Of a stretch of 32,000 bases of DNA, positions 24,792-32,000 are shown piece by piece; positions within the stretch are counted from its first letter, which is position 1, and every line of letters starts with the position of its first letter. The stretch is from NCBI GenBank assembly GCA_000091165.1, contig FP565575.1, forward strand, positions 2,310,001 through 2,342,000, in the 5' to 3' direction. This DNA is from Candidatus Methylomirabilis oxygeniifera (GTDB lineage: Bacteria > Methylomirabilota > Methylomirabilia > Methylomirabilales > Methylomirabilaceae). A program made the position numbers and the translations under genes. The notes under the pieces are model-generated. The model ran no database searches and had not been told where the DNA came from. It was given only the letters and a program-made list of their open reading frames with translations.

Positions 24792-25150
24792 CAGACCCAC
24801 TCCAAGGCGCCCTTGCGCCAGGCATAGGCGAAACCCACCAGCAAAATGGCAATAAAGAGCATCATCTCTACAAACGCAAACATCCCCAGCTTCCGGAAGA
24901 CGACCGCCCAGGGCAGCAGATAGATCGTCTCCACCGCGAAGATGACGTAGACCAGCGCATACAGGTAGTACCGGACGTGAACGCGGATCCAGGAGGCACC
25001 GACCGGGTCTTCGCCGCATTCGTACGTCGTGTACTTTTCCGGCTCAGGGTTGGTGGGGCGCAGCAGCCGGGAGACGACGTCGACATTGACCACAACGAAA
25101 AGCAGACCGACGATCAGAAAAATACCTACGATTGCATAATCCGCTGCCAT
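24791..25150 (-). CDS. nuoA: NADH-quinone oxidoreductase subunit A (cluster 2)
   Basis: 119 aa. Contains YTTYECGEDP, YLYALVYVIFAVETIYLLPWA and WRKGALEW. Confidence 0.93.
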   Translation of the reverse strand: MAADYAIVGIFLIVGLLFVVVNVDVVSRLLRPTNPEPEKYTTYECGEDPVGASWIRVHVRYYLYALVYVIFAVETIYLLPWAVVFRKLGMFAFVEMMLFIAILLVGFAYAWRKGALEWV

Positions 25151-25252
25151 CTCACCACCTACATTCGATGTGTGCGTCCGACGTGGACGAGGCGGGTCTT
25201 ACGGCCTGGCCTCGTGCGGGGATCGCTGGGCCCGTGATCTATACACGGCGAC

Positions 25253-25277
25253 AAAAAAAATGCCCCGCACAGGGCAT
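25253..25277 (-). terminator. Rho-independent terminator (minus strand): ATGCCC-N6-GGGCAT followed by T8
   Basis: The plus strand shows A8 (25253-25260) then TGCCCCGCACAGGGCAT. On the minus strand this is a 6-bp GC-rich hairpin followed by UUUUUUUU. Confidence 0.75.
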
Positions 25278-25349
25278 CCTGAATGGTGTGCCGACTGTTC
25301 GCTGCAGGGCCTACCGGAATCTGACAATCAACCTCGTGAAATTTTTAGC

Positions 25350-25379
25350 ATACTAGCACAACCCCCTCCGCCCTGTCAA
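25350..25379 (-). promoter_or_regulatory. Candidate sigma70 promoter with extended -10 (TTGACA-N18-TGcTAGTAT), overlapped by a degenerate Rex-like operator
   Basis: On the minus strand, TTGACA is at 25379-25374 and TGC-TAGTAT at 25358-25350. ATGCTAAAAATTTCACGA (25351-25334) resembles the Rex consensus TTGTGAA-N4-TTCACAA, with one good half-site (TTCACGA). Confidence 0.45.
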
Positions 25380-25395
25380 GGAGAAAAGCGGATGT

Positions 25396-25803
25396 TTACC
25401 GCGTTGCGCTCGCGGGCTTCGGCGACCCTGACGTCTTGCTAAAGCCTCTGATATAGGTCACCAGCTCCTTCATCTCGCGATCGGTCAGCTTCAGCCCATA
25501 CGCAGGCATGCCTGTCTTACCACCCGCTTTAATCACCTGCACAAGGGCGTCATCGGACCGTGTTTGCATATAGGCCGAATCGGTCAAGTTGGGCGTCTTC
25601 ATCCAAAACACCATCTTTGCCTGCATCCCATCGCCTTTGCCGCTCACACCGTGGCATCTGACACACTTGGTTTCGTAATTCGACTGAGCGCTTGCCGGCT
25701 CTTGGCTCTCAGCGCCGAATGCGGGAGAAGTTCCCACGACAACCAACATCGATACTGCGAATAACCACTGCCAACGAAGCCGGGATAGAATCAAGGTCAG
25801 CAA
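25396..25803 (-). CDS. Class I mono-haem c-type cytochrome (secreted)
   Basis: Signal peptide, a single CVRCHG haem-binding motif, and a distal Met candidate in GGKTGMPAYG. Confidence 0.88.
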   Translation of the reverse strand: MLTLILSRLRWQWLFAVSMLVVVGTSPAFGAESQEPASAQSNYETKCVRCHGVSGKGDGMQAKMVFWMKTPNLTDSAYMQTRSDDALVQVIKAGGKTGMPAYGLKLTDREMKELVTYIRGFSKTSGSPKPASATR

Positions 25804-25842
25804 CTTAACAGCCCTCCATGCGTTCGAGTGAATGATTGAATG

Positions 25843-27162
25843 TTAGCGATAGCGAAGCGTAGCCAGAGCATCTCGTGCAGCCAGAAGGGTCGCGTCAATG
25901 TCATCGGCGGTATGCGCATCAGACAGAAAGGCCGCCTCAAACTGGGAGGGTGGAAGATAGATTCCCCGCTGCAGCATGGCCCAGAAGAAAGCGGCAAAGC
26001 GATCGGTATTCGCGGCGCGGGCCGTCTGGTAATCGATGACAGGCTGCTCGGCGAAGAAGGCGGTGCACATCGAGCCGACCCGTTGGCACTGAAGCGGCAC
26101 ACCCGCCTCAGCCGCCAACTCCTGCAGCCCGGCTTCCAGTTGCTTGCCCTTCGCCTCGAGTCGTTCGTAGAATCCGGGTTCGTCGAGGAGCCGAAGGGTT
26201 TCGATGCCGGCTCTCATGGCAAGGGGGTTGCCGGAGAGGGTCCCGGCCTGATAGACCGGACCCAGCGGAGCAACCTGCTCCATGATCGAGCGCGGACCGC
26301 CGTACGCGCCGACCGGCAGGCCGCCGCCGATGATCTTGCCGAGACAGGTCAGATCGGGTCGAATGCCGTAGAGGGCCTGGGCGCCGCCTTTGCCCAACCG
26401 GAATCCGGTCATCACCTCGTCGAAGATCAGCAGCGAGCCGTGAGCAGCGGTAACCTCTCGCAACGCCGCGAGAAATCCAGGCTTTGGCGGGACCACCCCC
26501 ATGTTGCCGACCACCGGCTCCACGATGACGCAGGCAATCTCACGACCCATCGCCTCGAAAGCCGATCGGACGGCGTCAACGTTATTGTATGGGAGCGTCA
26601 TCGTCAGGCGGGCGAGATCGGACGGAACGCCGAGGCTGTCCGGTACGCCAAAGGTCATGGCGCCGGAGCCCGCCTTCACCAAAAGGCTGTCGGCATGCCC
26701 GTGGTAGCACCCCTCGAACTTGACGATCCGGTCGCGCTTCGTAACGCCACGGGCCAGTCGAATGGCGCTCATGGTCGCCTCGGTCCCGGAGTTCACAAAC
26801 CGGACCAGCTCGATCGAGGGGATCGCCTCGACCACCATTCTCGCGAGTATCGTCTCCCAGGGAGTCGGCGCGCCGTAGCTGACGCCTTGAGCCGCAGCCT
26901 CCTGGATCGCCTTGACAACGGCAGGGTGGGCATGACCGACAATCATCGGTCCCCAGGAGCCGACATAGTCGATGTAGCTTTGACCGTCGACGTCGTAGAG
27001 GCAACAGCCGCGGGCGTGCTCGATCACCACCGGCTGCCCGCCTACCGCCTTAAATGCCCGCACGGGGCTATTCACGCCTCCCGGCAGCAGGCGTGTGGCC
27101 TCTTCAAAGAGCGCCTTCGAACGGAGGCCTGTCTGCGTGCGATCTATGGGCGGGGTGATCAC
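25843..27162 (-). CDS. hemL: Glutamate-1-semialdehyde 2,1-aminomutase
   Basis: Contains [41 protein letters not shown] and [20 protein letters not shown] start overlaps the hemB stop (GTGA). Confidence 0.96.
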   Translation of the reverse strand: MITPPIDRTQTGLRSKALFEEATRLLPGGVNSPVRAFKAVGGQPVVIEHARGCCLYDVDGQSYIDYVGSWGPMIVGHAHPAVVKAIQEAAAQGVSYGAPTPWETILARMVVEAIPSIELVRFVNSGTEATMSAIRLARGVTKRDRIVKFEGCYHGHADSLLVKAGSGAMTFGVPDSLGVPSDLARLTMTLPYNNVDAVRSAFEAMGREIACVIVEPVVGNMGVVPPKPGFLAALREVTAAHGSLLIFDEVMTGFRLGKGGAQALYGIRPDLTCLGKIIGGGLPVGAYGGPRSIMEQVAPLGPVYQAGTLSGNPLAMRAGIETLRLLDEPGFYERLEAKGKQLEAGLQELAAEAGVPLQCQRVGSMCTAFFAEQPVIDYQTARAANTDRFAAFFWAMLQRGIYLPPSQFEAAFLSDAHTADDIDATLLAARDALATLRYR

Positions 27163-28139
27163 GCTTTAGTCTCCAAGAGGCGCGCGGCCTCCTTCGCGGC
27201 ATAGGTCAGGATCAGGTCGGCGCCGGCCCGCTTGATCGACGTCAGCGTCTCCATCAACACCCGCTCTTCATCGATCCACCCGAGCCGTCCGGCCGCCTTC
27301 AACATGGCGTACTCGCCGCTTACATGGTAGGCTGCAACCGGCCCCCCAAACTCCTGCTTCACCCGCCAGAGGATATCTAGGTACGGAAGAGCCGGCTTCA
27401 CCATCACAATGTCCGCCCCCTCCTCCAGGTCGAGCCCCACCTCCCGCAACGCCTCATCGCTGTTCGCCGGATCCATCTGGTAGGTGCGGCGATCGCCGAA
27501 TTGGGGCGCTGAGGCAGCGGCATCGCGGAACGGACCATAGAAGGCGCTGGCATACTTGGCCGAGTAGGCCATAATCGGCGTATCCTCGAAGCCCTCCTCA
27601 TCCAGCGTCTCACGGATGGCCGATACCCGGCCGTCCATCATGTCCGAGGGCGCGACAATATCGGCGCCGGACTCGGCATGAGAGAGCGCTGTTCTGGCCA
27701 GCAGTTCCAAGGTAGGATCGTTTTTCACCTGACCACGCTCCACGACACCACAGTGACCGTGACTGGTGTACTCACAGAGACAGACGTCCGTCATCACCAA
27801 CAGGTCCGATACGGTATCCTTGATCGCCCGCACTGCCTGCTGGACGATCCCATCCTCAGCGTACGCCTCGGACCCTACGGCATCTTTTGCAGCCGGAATG
27901 CCGAACAGGATGATCCCGGGGATACCCATCGCCGCCGCCTCTTTCGCCTCCTTGGCCAGCTCATCCACCGACAGATGGAAACAGCCCGGCATCGAGGCGA
28001 TCTCCTGACGCACACCATGTCCGTGGACAACGAAGAACGGCTGGATCAGATCTTCACGATGCAGGTGAGTTTCCCGCACCAATCGGCGAAGGGTCTCATT
28101 CTGACGCAGGCGTCGTGGCCGAAATACCGGGTAGTACAT
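27159..28139 (-). CDS. hemB: Porphobilinogen synthase (delta-aminolevulinate dehydratase)
   Basis: Contains [59 protein letters not shown] and [20 protein letters not shown] upstream of ATG 28139. Confidence 0.96.
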   Translation of the reverse strand: MYYPVFRPRRLRQNETLRRLVRETHLHREDLIQPFFVVHGHGVRQEIASMPGCFHLSVDELAKEAKEAAAMGIPGIILFGIPAAKDAVGSEAYAEDGIVQQAVRAIKDTVSDLLVMTDVCLCEYTSHGHCGVVERGQVKNDPTLELLARTALSHAESGADIVAPSDMMDGRVSAIRETLDEEGFEDTPIMAYSAKYASAFYGPFRDAAASAPQFGDRRTYQMDPANSDEALREVGLDLEEGADIVMVKPALPYLDILWRVKQEFGGPVAAYHVSGEYAMLKAAGRLGWIDEERVLMETLTSIKRAGADLILTYAAKEAARLLETKA

Positions 28140-28193
28140 CACTCCTCCTCGAAAGGGCGGCTCTTGCAACACGATCCCCTTCCTATGCCGGTC

Positions 28194-28222
28194 ATTCTAC
28201 CCGTCCCACCTATCCCGGTCAA
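28194..28222 (-). promoter_or_regulatory. Candidate sigma70 promoter for hemB-hemL-cytochrome c (TTGACC-N17-TAGAAT)
   Basis: On the minus strand, TTGACC is at 28222-28217 and TAGAAT at 28199-28194, about 55 nt upstream of the hemB ATG. Confidence 0.5.
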
Positions 28223-28228
28223 TTGCCT

Positions 28229-30526
28229 TCAGCGCCCCCGCAGGTATTTGGCGCCTCGCTCCGGTGGCGGCGGGGCCCCGCCGGTCAACAGATCAAAGAA
28301 GATCTCGACACTGTTTTCGCGGTCCTGAATCCTGTCGTTAGAAAATCGCTTGGTACGATTGAGGAAATGAATCCCTACCATCCAACAGCAGGTAGCGTAG
28401 GTCAGGACCACATTGTTCTCCAGGCTGGCATCCCGGCGGGGATCGTACCGACCGTAGTAGTTAACCGCAACATTCTTCATCGGCGTGAGCAGCAGCCGGC
28501 CGATAATGCCCGACGTCTTCCGATCGTGAAATGGAGTGTCGTCGAACTTTTCGCCCGCCGTGTCGCCGCCGCGGATGAAGGAGTGGGCCAGTTCTATCCG
28601 TCCGTACTCAGGGTAGGCAACTCGGACACCGGCCTCAATCCCATCAACGCGATTTCTTTCAGTATTGATGGCGGCAACCCCGTACAGGCCCAGGTTCTGT
28701 AAGGGAGAAGCGCGGAGGTCGGCCACCAGGTTGGAGAAGCGACGCTCCGGTACTCGCGTGAACCCATTGTCCGAAGGTTTGGCTTTTCCCTCATGGACCG
28801 CCTGGTCGATCCGTTCCGGTGTCAGCGCATTCAGAAAGAGGTCGGAGAAGTGTCGCGTCTGGGGATTCAGATTGACGCTCTGGCTCAACGACAGAGAGAG
28901 GATTTCATGGGTACGGGTAGCGCCGTCGGCCTCCTTAAGCTTCGTCAGTAGCCGGTTCGTCAGGGAGTAGGTCATTCGGTTCTGTGGACTGATATAATCG
29001 ACATGATCAAACTGCGGGTTCCTCCGTTGATTCCCGGCAGTAATATACCAGTAACTGAGGCGCGGCTCGAGCAGGTGCACCAGCCGATCGACCCGCGCTC
29101 CTGCCACATCGAAGTTGCGAAAGAATCGGGCGGTCAGCTCGTTTCGAGCCTCAAACAGCTCTCGACTTGTACCGCCCCCTCCACTGCCGGGGCGCTTGCT
29201 GTAGGCGGTCTCGCGGAAGCCGATCGACGGCGTCATGGTCGCCCAATTCATCATCCGCCACGGCAACAGCAGTTTCGGGAACAGATCGACTCGACCGCTG
29301 TCCGGCGTCTCTTTCCGCTGGAGATAGGTCCCGGAGAGTTGCCCCTCCGCCAGGAGAGGCAAACCAAACAGCCGTTGCGGAGAGGCAAAGAAGTTCAATT
29401 CAGGTACGCGGCTGAGGCGGCTGTCATTGGTCTCAGGATTCAGGGTGCGGCTATCATCGAACCGAAGTTCAAGGCCGTACTGCTGCCACATCTGCGTGAG
29501 AAACACTCGCGCGTCGGTGAAGCTTGCGGTTCTCGCTTCAGGCGGAGAATCGGAAAACGCACGACGAAATACGCGATCGCTCACGTAGTTGATATCGCTC
29601 TTCAGGCTGAGTCCCGGGTTGAACTGCTGATCGTGGCGGGCAGTGATGGTCGCCCGCACCTCCCTTCGTCTCTCGCTATCCCGATCCTTCATGATTCGGC
29701 CGTCTATGAAGCCGCTCGCCTCCGGCCCCAGGACATACCGATAGCTGGCCTGCGCCTCAGGACCCCGCTTGCCCCGGTACACGCCGGTTAAGGTGAGATC
29801 CTGAGACTCATCGATGGCCCAGAAGAACGGCTGCTTGTACGTGGGCCCTGACCGACCCCCGGCGCCGATGTTAGGAATCAGCCAGCCGGTACGCCGCGGC
29901 CCGACGGGGTAGAGAATGTACGGGGTGTACAGGGCCGGAAGACCACGAATCCAGAAGGACGCCGACTTTGCCTCAAGATATTCGTCTTGTTCGAGGAACG
30001 CCTCTGCCGCGTGGATCTCCCAATCGACGCCGCCAGGCTCAGGTTGACAGATGCGGCAGGTGGTAAATGTACCATCGACCAGCCGATACCTGCGATCCCC
30101 TTCCTTATGGACCTCGACGCCCTGAAAGACGGTCGCAGGGGGGATCGCGCCTTTGGCCTGATACATGACACCGGTATTGGTGCGATAGCGGTATTCCAGT
30201 CGATCGCCGTCCAGACGGCTTGCGCCGTCGATGAGTTGAACCCTTCCCCTAGCCCGGATGATCTCCTGAACCTCATCCACCTCGACCTCATCGGCATGGA
30301 GGATGCGGTTCTCCATCAGGATTCGGACGTCGCCTCGCGCGATGGCAACCTTGTCGCGCTCACGGCGCTCAATCTCATTCGCCTCGATCCGAACAGCCGA
30401 TTTGAGCTCATCGATTTTACCGAGAAGGCCCCGGGATTCCGCATCCTGCGCCAGGACTGCCGGCGTGAACCATGGCGAGGCAAGGAAGAAAAACGCCAAC
30501 AACACAGGCAAGAGGTAGCGTGGCAT
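28229..30526 (-). CDS. lptD: LPS-assembly outer-membrane protein LptD (OstA family)
   Basis: About 765 aa. Signal peptide MPRYLLPVLLAFFFLASPWFTPAVLA, an N-terminal OstA-like region (IEANEIE...ARGDVRI...ADEVEVD...ARGRVQL), and a large beta-barrel-like C-terminal part rich in aromatic/Gly alternation. Confidence 0.88.
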   Translation of the reverse strand: MPRYLLPVLLAFFFLASPWFTPAVLAQDAESRGLLGKIDELKSAVRIEANEIERRERDKVAIARGDVRILMENRILHADEVEVDEVQEIIRARGRVQLIDGASRLDGDRLEYRYRTNTGVMYQAKGAIPPATVFQGVEVHKEGDRRYRLVDGTFTTCRICQPEPGGVDWEIHAAEAFLEQDEYLEAKSASFWIRGLPALYTPYILYPVGPRRTGWLIPNIGAGGRSGPTYKQPFFWAIDESQDLTLTGVYRGKRGPEAQASYRYVLGPEASGFIDGRIMKDRDSERRREVRATITARHDQQFNPGLSLKSDINYVSDRVFRRAFSDSPPEARTASFTDARVFLTQMWQQYGLELRFDDSRTLNPETNDSRLSRVPELNFFASPQRLFGLPLLAEGQLSGTYLQRKETPDSGRVDLFPKLLLPWRMMNWATMTPSIGFRETAYSKRPGSGGGGTSRELFEARNELTARFFRNFDVAGARVDRLVHLLEPRLSYWYITAGNQRRNPQFDHVDYISPQNRMTYSLTNRLLTKLKEADGATRTHEILSLSLSQSVNLNPQTRHFSDLFLNALTPERIDQAVHEGKAKPSDNGFTRVPERRFSNLVADLRASPLQNLGLYGVAAINTERNRVDGIEAGVRVAYPEYGRIELAHSFIRGGDTAGEKFDDTPFHDRKTSGIIGRLLLTPMKNVAVNYYGRYDPRRDASLENNVVLTYATCCWMVGIHFLNRTKRFSNDRIQDRENSVEIFFDLLTGGAPPPPERGAKYLRGR

Positions 30527-30647
30527 CAACAAAGACCTCGTGAGGACGCTAACAGACCTTTGTAGAGGCAGGGCGTACCCTACCCGGAACGGGCGCGCGG
30601 CAAGCGGCGCCCCTATCGCGCATCACTGCAGTGCAAGGTGCCCCCGC

Positions 30648-30676
30648 CTTATATCAGAGAGCCCCACCTAAGGCAA
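30648..30676 (-). promoter_or_regulatory. Weak candidate promoter for lptD (TTGCCT-N17-TATAAG)
   Basis: On the minus strand, TTGCCT is at 30676-30671 and TATAAG at 30653-30648. Confidence 0.3.
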
Positions 30677-30693
30677 GAAGTTTTGTGCCGACG

Positions 30694-30999
30694 TCACCGC
30701 GCCCTGATAATCACCGCACTGATCCGGTCGATACCGACAAAGGCATCAAAGAAATCTCTTTTTGCAAGTTTCGAAAGATGAACCAGATGTTCGCCAACCA
30801 CAGACACCGTCCCTTCTATTTCTTCGCTGGACTCCAGCCGCAATACCACCCGTTTGCCGATAGCATCCGTGAGAAGAGCCCTCATGGTTGTCGTGGACTT
30901 CAAATCGTACCTGGCCTCTTCCGCCGCTACGATCGGGGCGGACATCACCATAAGTCCCGCCGCAAACATGACAGCGCGCACGATCCCTTGCACCTTCAT
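30694..30999 (-). CDS. Small secreted hypothetical protein (101 aa)
   Basis: GGAG RBS then ATG 30999. Signal peptide MKVQGIVRAVMFAAGLMVMSAPIVAA. No family recognised. Confidence 0.6.
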   Translation of the reverse strand: MKVQGIVRAVMFAAGLMVMSAPIVAAEEARYDLKSTTTMRALLTDAIGKRVVLRLESSEEIEGTVSVVGEHLVHLSKLAKRDFFDAFVGIDRISAVIIRAR

Positions 31000-31239
31000 G
31001 ACCTTTATCTCCTCGTGATAGGTTTGTGACAACCGCCGGATCCCCTCAGTTAAGAAGGTGAGTTATTGGGTAACGTGAACTCACCCCTGCAGCGTCTGCA
31101 GCAATGCGGTCGAAGCCGGAAATCGTTTCGAGCGGGCGCAGATCCTAGGGATAGATAGTACCGATAATGCCGTCAAGCACGTTGCAATCTACGCCCCCGC
31201 GCGGGGGTGACACAGGGGGGATTTGCGGCCGAAAGAGAC

Positions 31240-31677
31240 TCATGGGAGTGACCTCGGCCACACAGTCAGGCCAGTTGCCTGTGCGGCGTTCCAGAGTTGC
31301 CGGTCGTAGGTCGCCACCGTAACCGACTCGCCCAGCATATCCCGCCAGAACAAAGCCGACGCCAAGTGAGTCGCATCGTAGCCGCGTAGGCTATAATCCC
31401 AAGCAAGAGATGCGGCACGGGACACGAGAACCTCGGTCATCTGGAGGCGGATAAGGCTTTCCCACTCACCACTGAAGAACTGCAGCGCGGAAACTCCTTC
31501 CTCGCGCGTCAACAGCGCCATGCGGACGGCCTTGGCCATCGCTGCGGCCACTTCCGCCCGGCTGATGATCGCCGTGCCGACCACCGCGGCCTGATCAATG
31601 AGTTCTCCAACCTCGGCAGAATCCGCCTCTGCCACGTACCGCTTGACAAGCGCGCTAGCGTCGAGATAGGCAATCAC
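31240..31677 (-). CDS. vapC: Type II toxin VapC (PIN-domain ribonuclease)
   Basis: Begins MIAYLDASALVKRY. The acidic residues expected of a PIN domain are present (D6, E in RAEV, D in YDATHL, D in TYDRQL). It overlaps the upstream antitoxin by 4 nt. Confidence 0.88.
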   Translation of the reverse strand: MIAYLDASALVKRYVAEADSAEVGELIDQAAVVGTAIISRAEVAAAMAKAVRMALLTREEGVSALQFFSGEWESLIRLQMTEVLVSRAASLAWDYSLRGYDATHLASALFWRDMLGESVTVATYDRQLWNAAQATGLTVWPRSLP

Positions 31678-31961
31678 TCGCGGTCCTCAATCAGCAGATC
31701 GGCCACGGTGCGCTTTCCTCGGACCCGGGCCACGGGCGCCAAGGATGTCAGTTTGCGCTTATTCCAGAGCACGAGGCCCGACTGGGCCAGAGCTTCGATG
31801 CGGTCTTCAATCGGCAGAATTGTCGGTACGATCCGGCCTATCGGCGTCCCCCGATCGGCGATCTCTACCGACTCTCCGGCCTTGACCAGCCGCAGGTAGT
31901 GGCTCAGCCTGCTCTTGAGTTCGCGTATGCTGACTCTCGTGCACTTCGTCACTCCTTCCAC
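31674..31961 (-). CDS. Type II antitoxin (Phd/YefM-like, VapB partner)
   Basis: Contains VSIRELKSRLSHYLRLVKAGESVEIADRGTPIGRIVP. GTG start 31961 with a GGGGGTG RBS. A perfect TATAAT box on the minus strand lies at 31993-31988. Confidence 0.82.
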   Translation of the reverse strand: MEGVTKCTRVSIRELKSRLSHYLRLVKAGESVEIADRGTPIGRIVPTILPIEDRIEALAQSGLVLWNKRKLTSLAPVARVRGKRTVADLLIEDRE

Positions 31962-32000
31962 AACGTCACCCCCTTTATCGTGATCTCATTATATAACAGT

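Noticed and set aside
24792-25019. N-terminal extensions of tracked ORFs that overlap the preceding gene: nuoC2 to 25019, nuoC1 to 14104, nuoD1 to 13695, nuoJ1 to 9517, parE to 2232, hemB to 28172.
   Set aside because: The extensions are Arg/Gly-rich and non-homologous, and they overlap conserved upstream genes. Internal starts give family-typical N-termini and have RBSs or start/stop overlaps.
25321-25356. Plus-strand promoter-like CTGACA ... CATACT.
   Set aside because: The spacer is about 22 nt and no plus-strand gene lies downstream. The minus-strand reading of the same region gives a much better promoter.
25840-27204. 454-aa plus-strand ORF antisense to hemL. Similar long antisense ORFs occur at 23447..24514, 20139..21203, 10598..11446, 17975..18724, 29003..29791, 3785..4483 and 5029..5640.
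   Set aside because: Each lies fully opposite a confidently identified conserved gene. Their translations are Arg/Gly/Pro/His-rich and low-complexity with no recognisable motifs. This is typical of shadow ORFs in high-GC DNA.
31021-31032. TTTGTGACAACC resembling a Rex half-site, plus other isolated TGTGA/TCACA hits (for example 8309, 15553, 22043).
   Set aside because: Only single half-sites are present, without the partner half at the correct spacing, and several lie inside coding sequence.

Overview
High-GC bacterial chromosomal window (taxon not determinable from sequence alone), dominated by a roughly 22 kb same-strand (minus) respiratory supercluster. Read 5'->3' on the minus strand it runs nuoA-C-D-H-J-K-L-M-N (copy 2, 25150->15924), atpZ-atpB-atpE (F0 a and c subunits only), nuoA-C-D-E-F-H-J-K-L-M-N (copy 1, 14340->3233), then rex, whose start overlaps the nuoN1 stop (ATGA). 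Neither nuo cluster has room for nuoB or nuoI, nuoG is absent, and copy 2 also lacks nuoE and nuoF. Upstream on the same strand are lptD, hemB-hemL, a mono-haem cytochrome c, a small secreted protein and a VapC/antitoxin pair. The left end carries, on the plus strand, a partial UbiD-family decarboxylase, a TlpA/ResA-like redoxin and a small secreted protein, followed on the minus strand by a Phd/ParE pair. Main second-look items: (1) the redoxin is split by an in-frame TGA at the first Cys of the CXXC motif, with a SECIS-like hairpin 10 nt downstream, so it is a likely selenoprotein; (2) the unusual subunit content of the two nuo clusters; (3) nuoH2 has a 1-nt frameshift in a T-run; (4) many spacers in the nuo/atp supercluster, plus the ubiD-redoxin spacer, and the nuoM1 3' tail consist of tandem heptanucleotide arrays, some forming G-quadruplex motifs or G-free leaders before SD-less nuoL starts; (5) a 135-nt structured inverted-repeat element lies between nuoJ1 and nuoK1; (6) a promoter plus intrinsic terminator delimits a roughly 90-nt RNA or leader upstream of nuoA2, with a degenerate Rex-like operator; (7) the F0 c subunit has a signal-peptide-like extension and a Q/E-S/Y ion-site motif. 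No rRNA, tRNA, CRISPR or transposase genes were seen.
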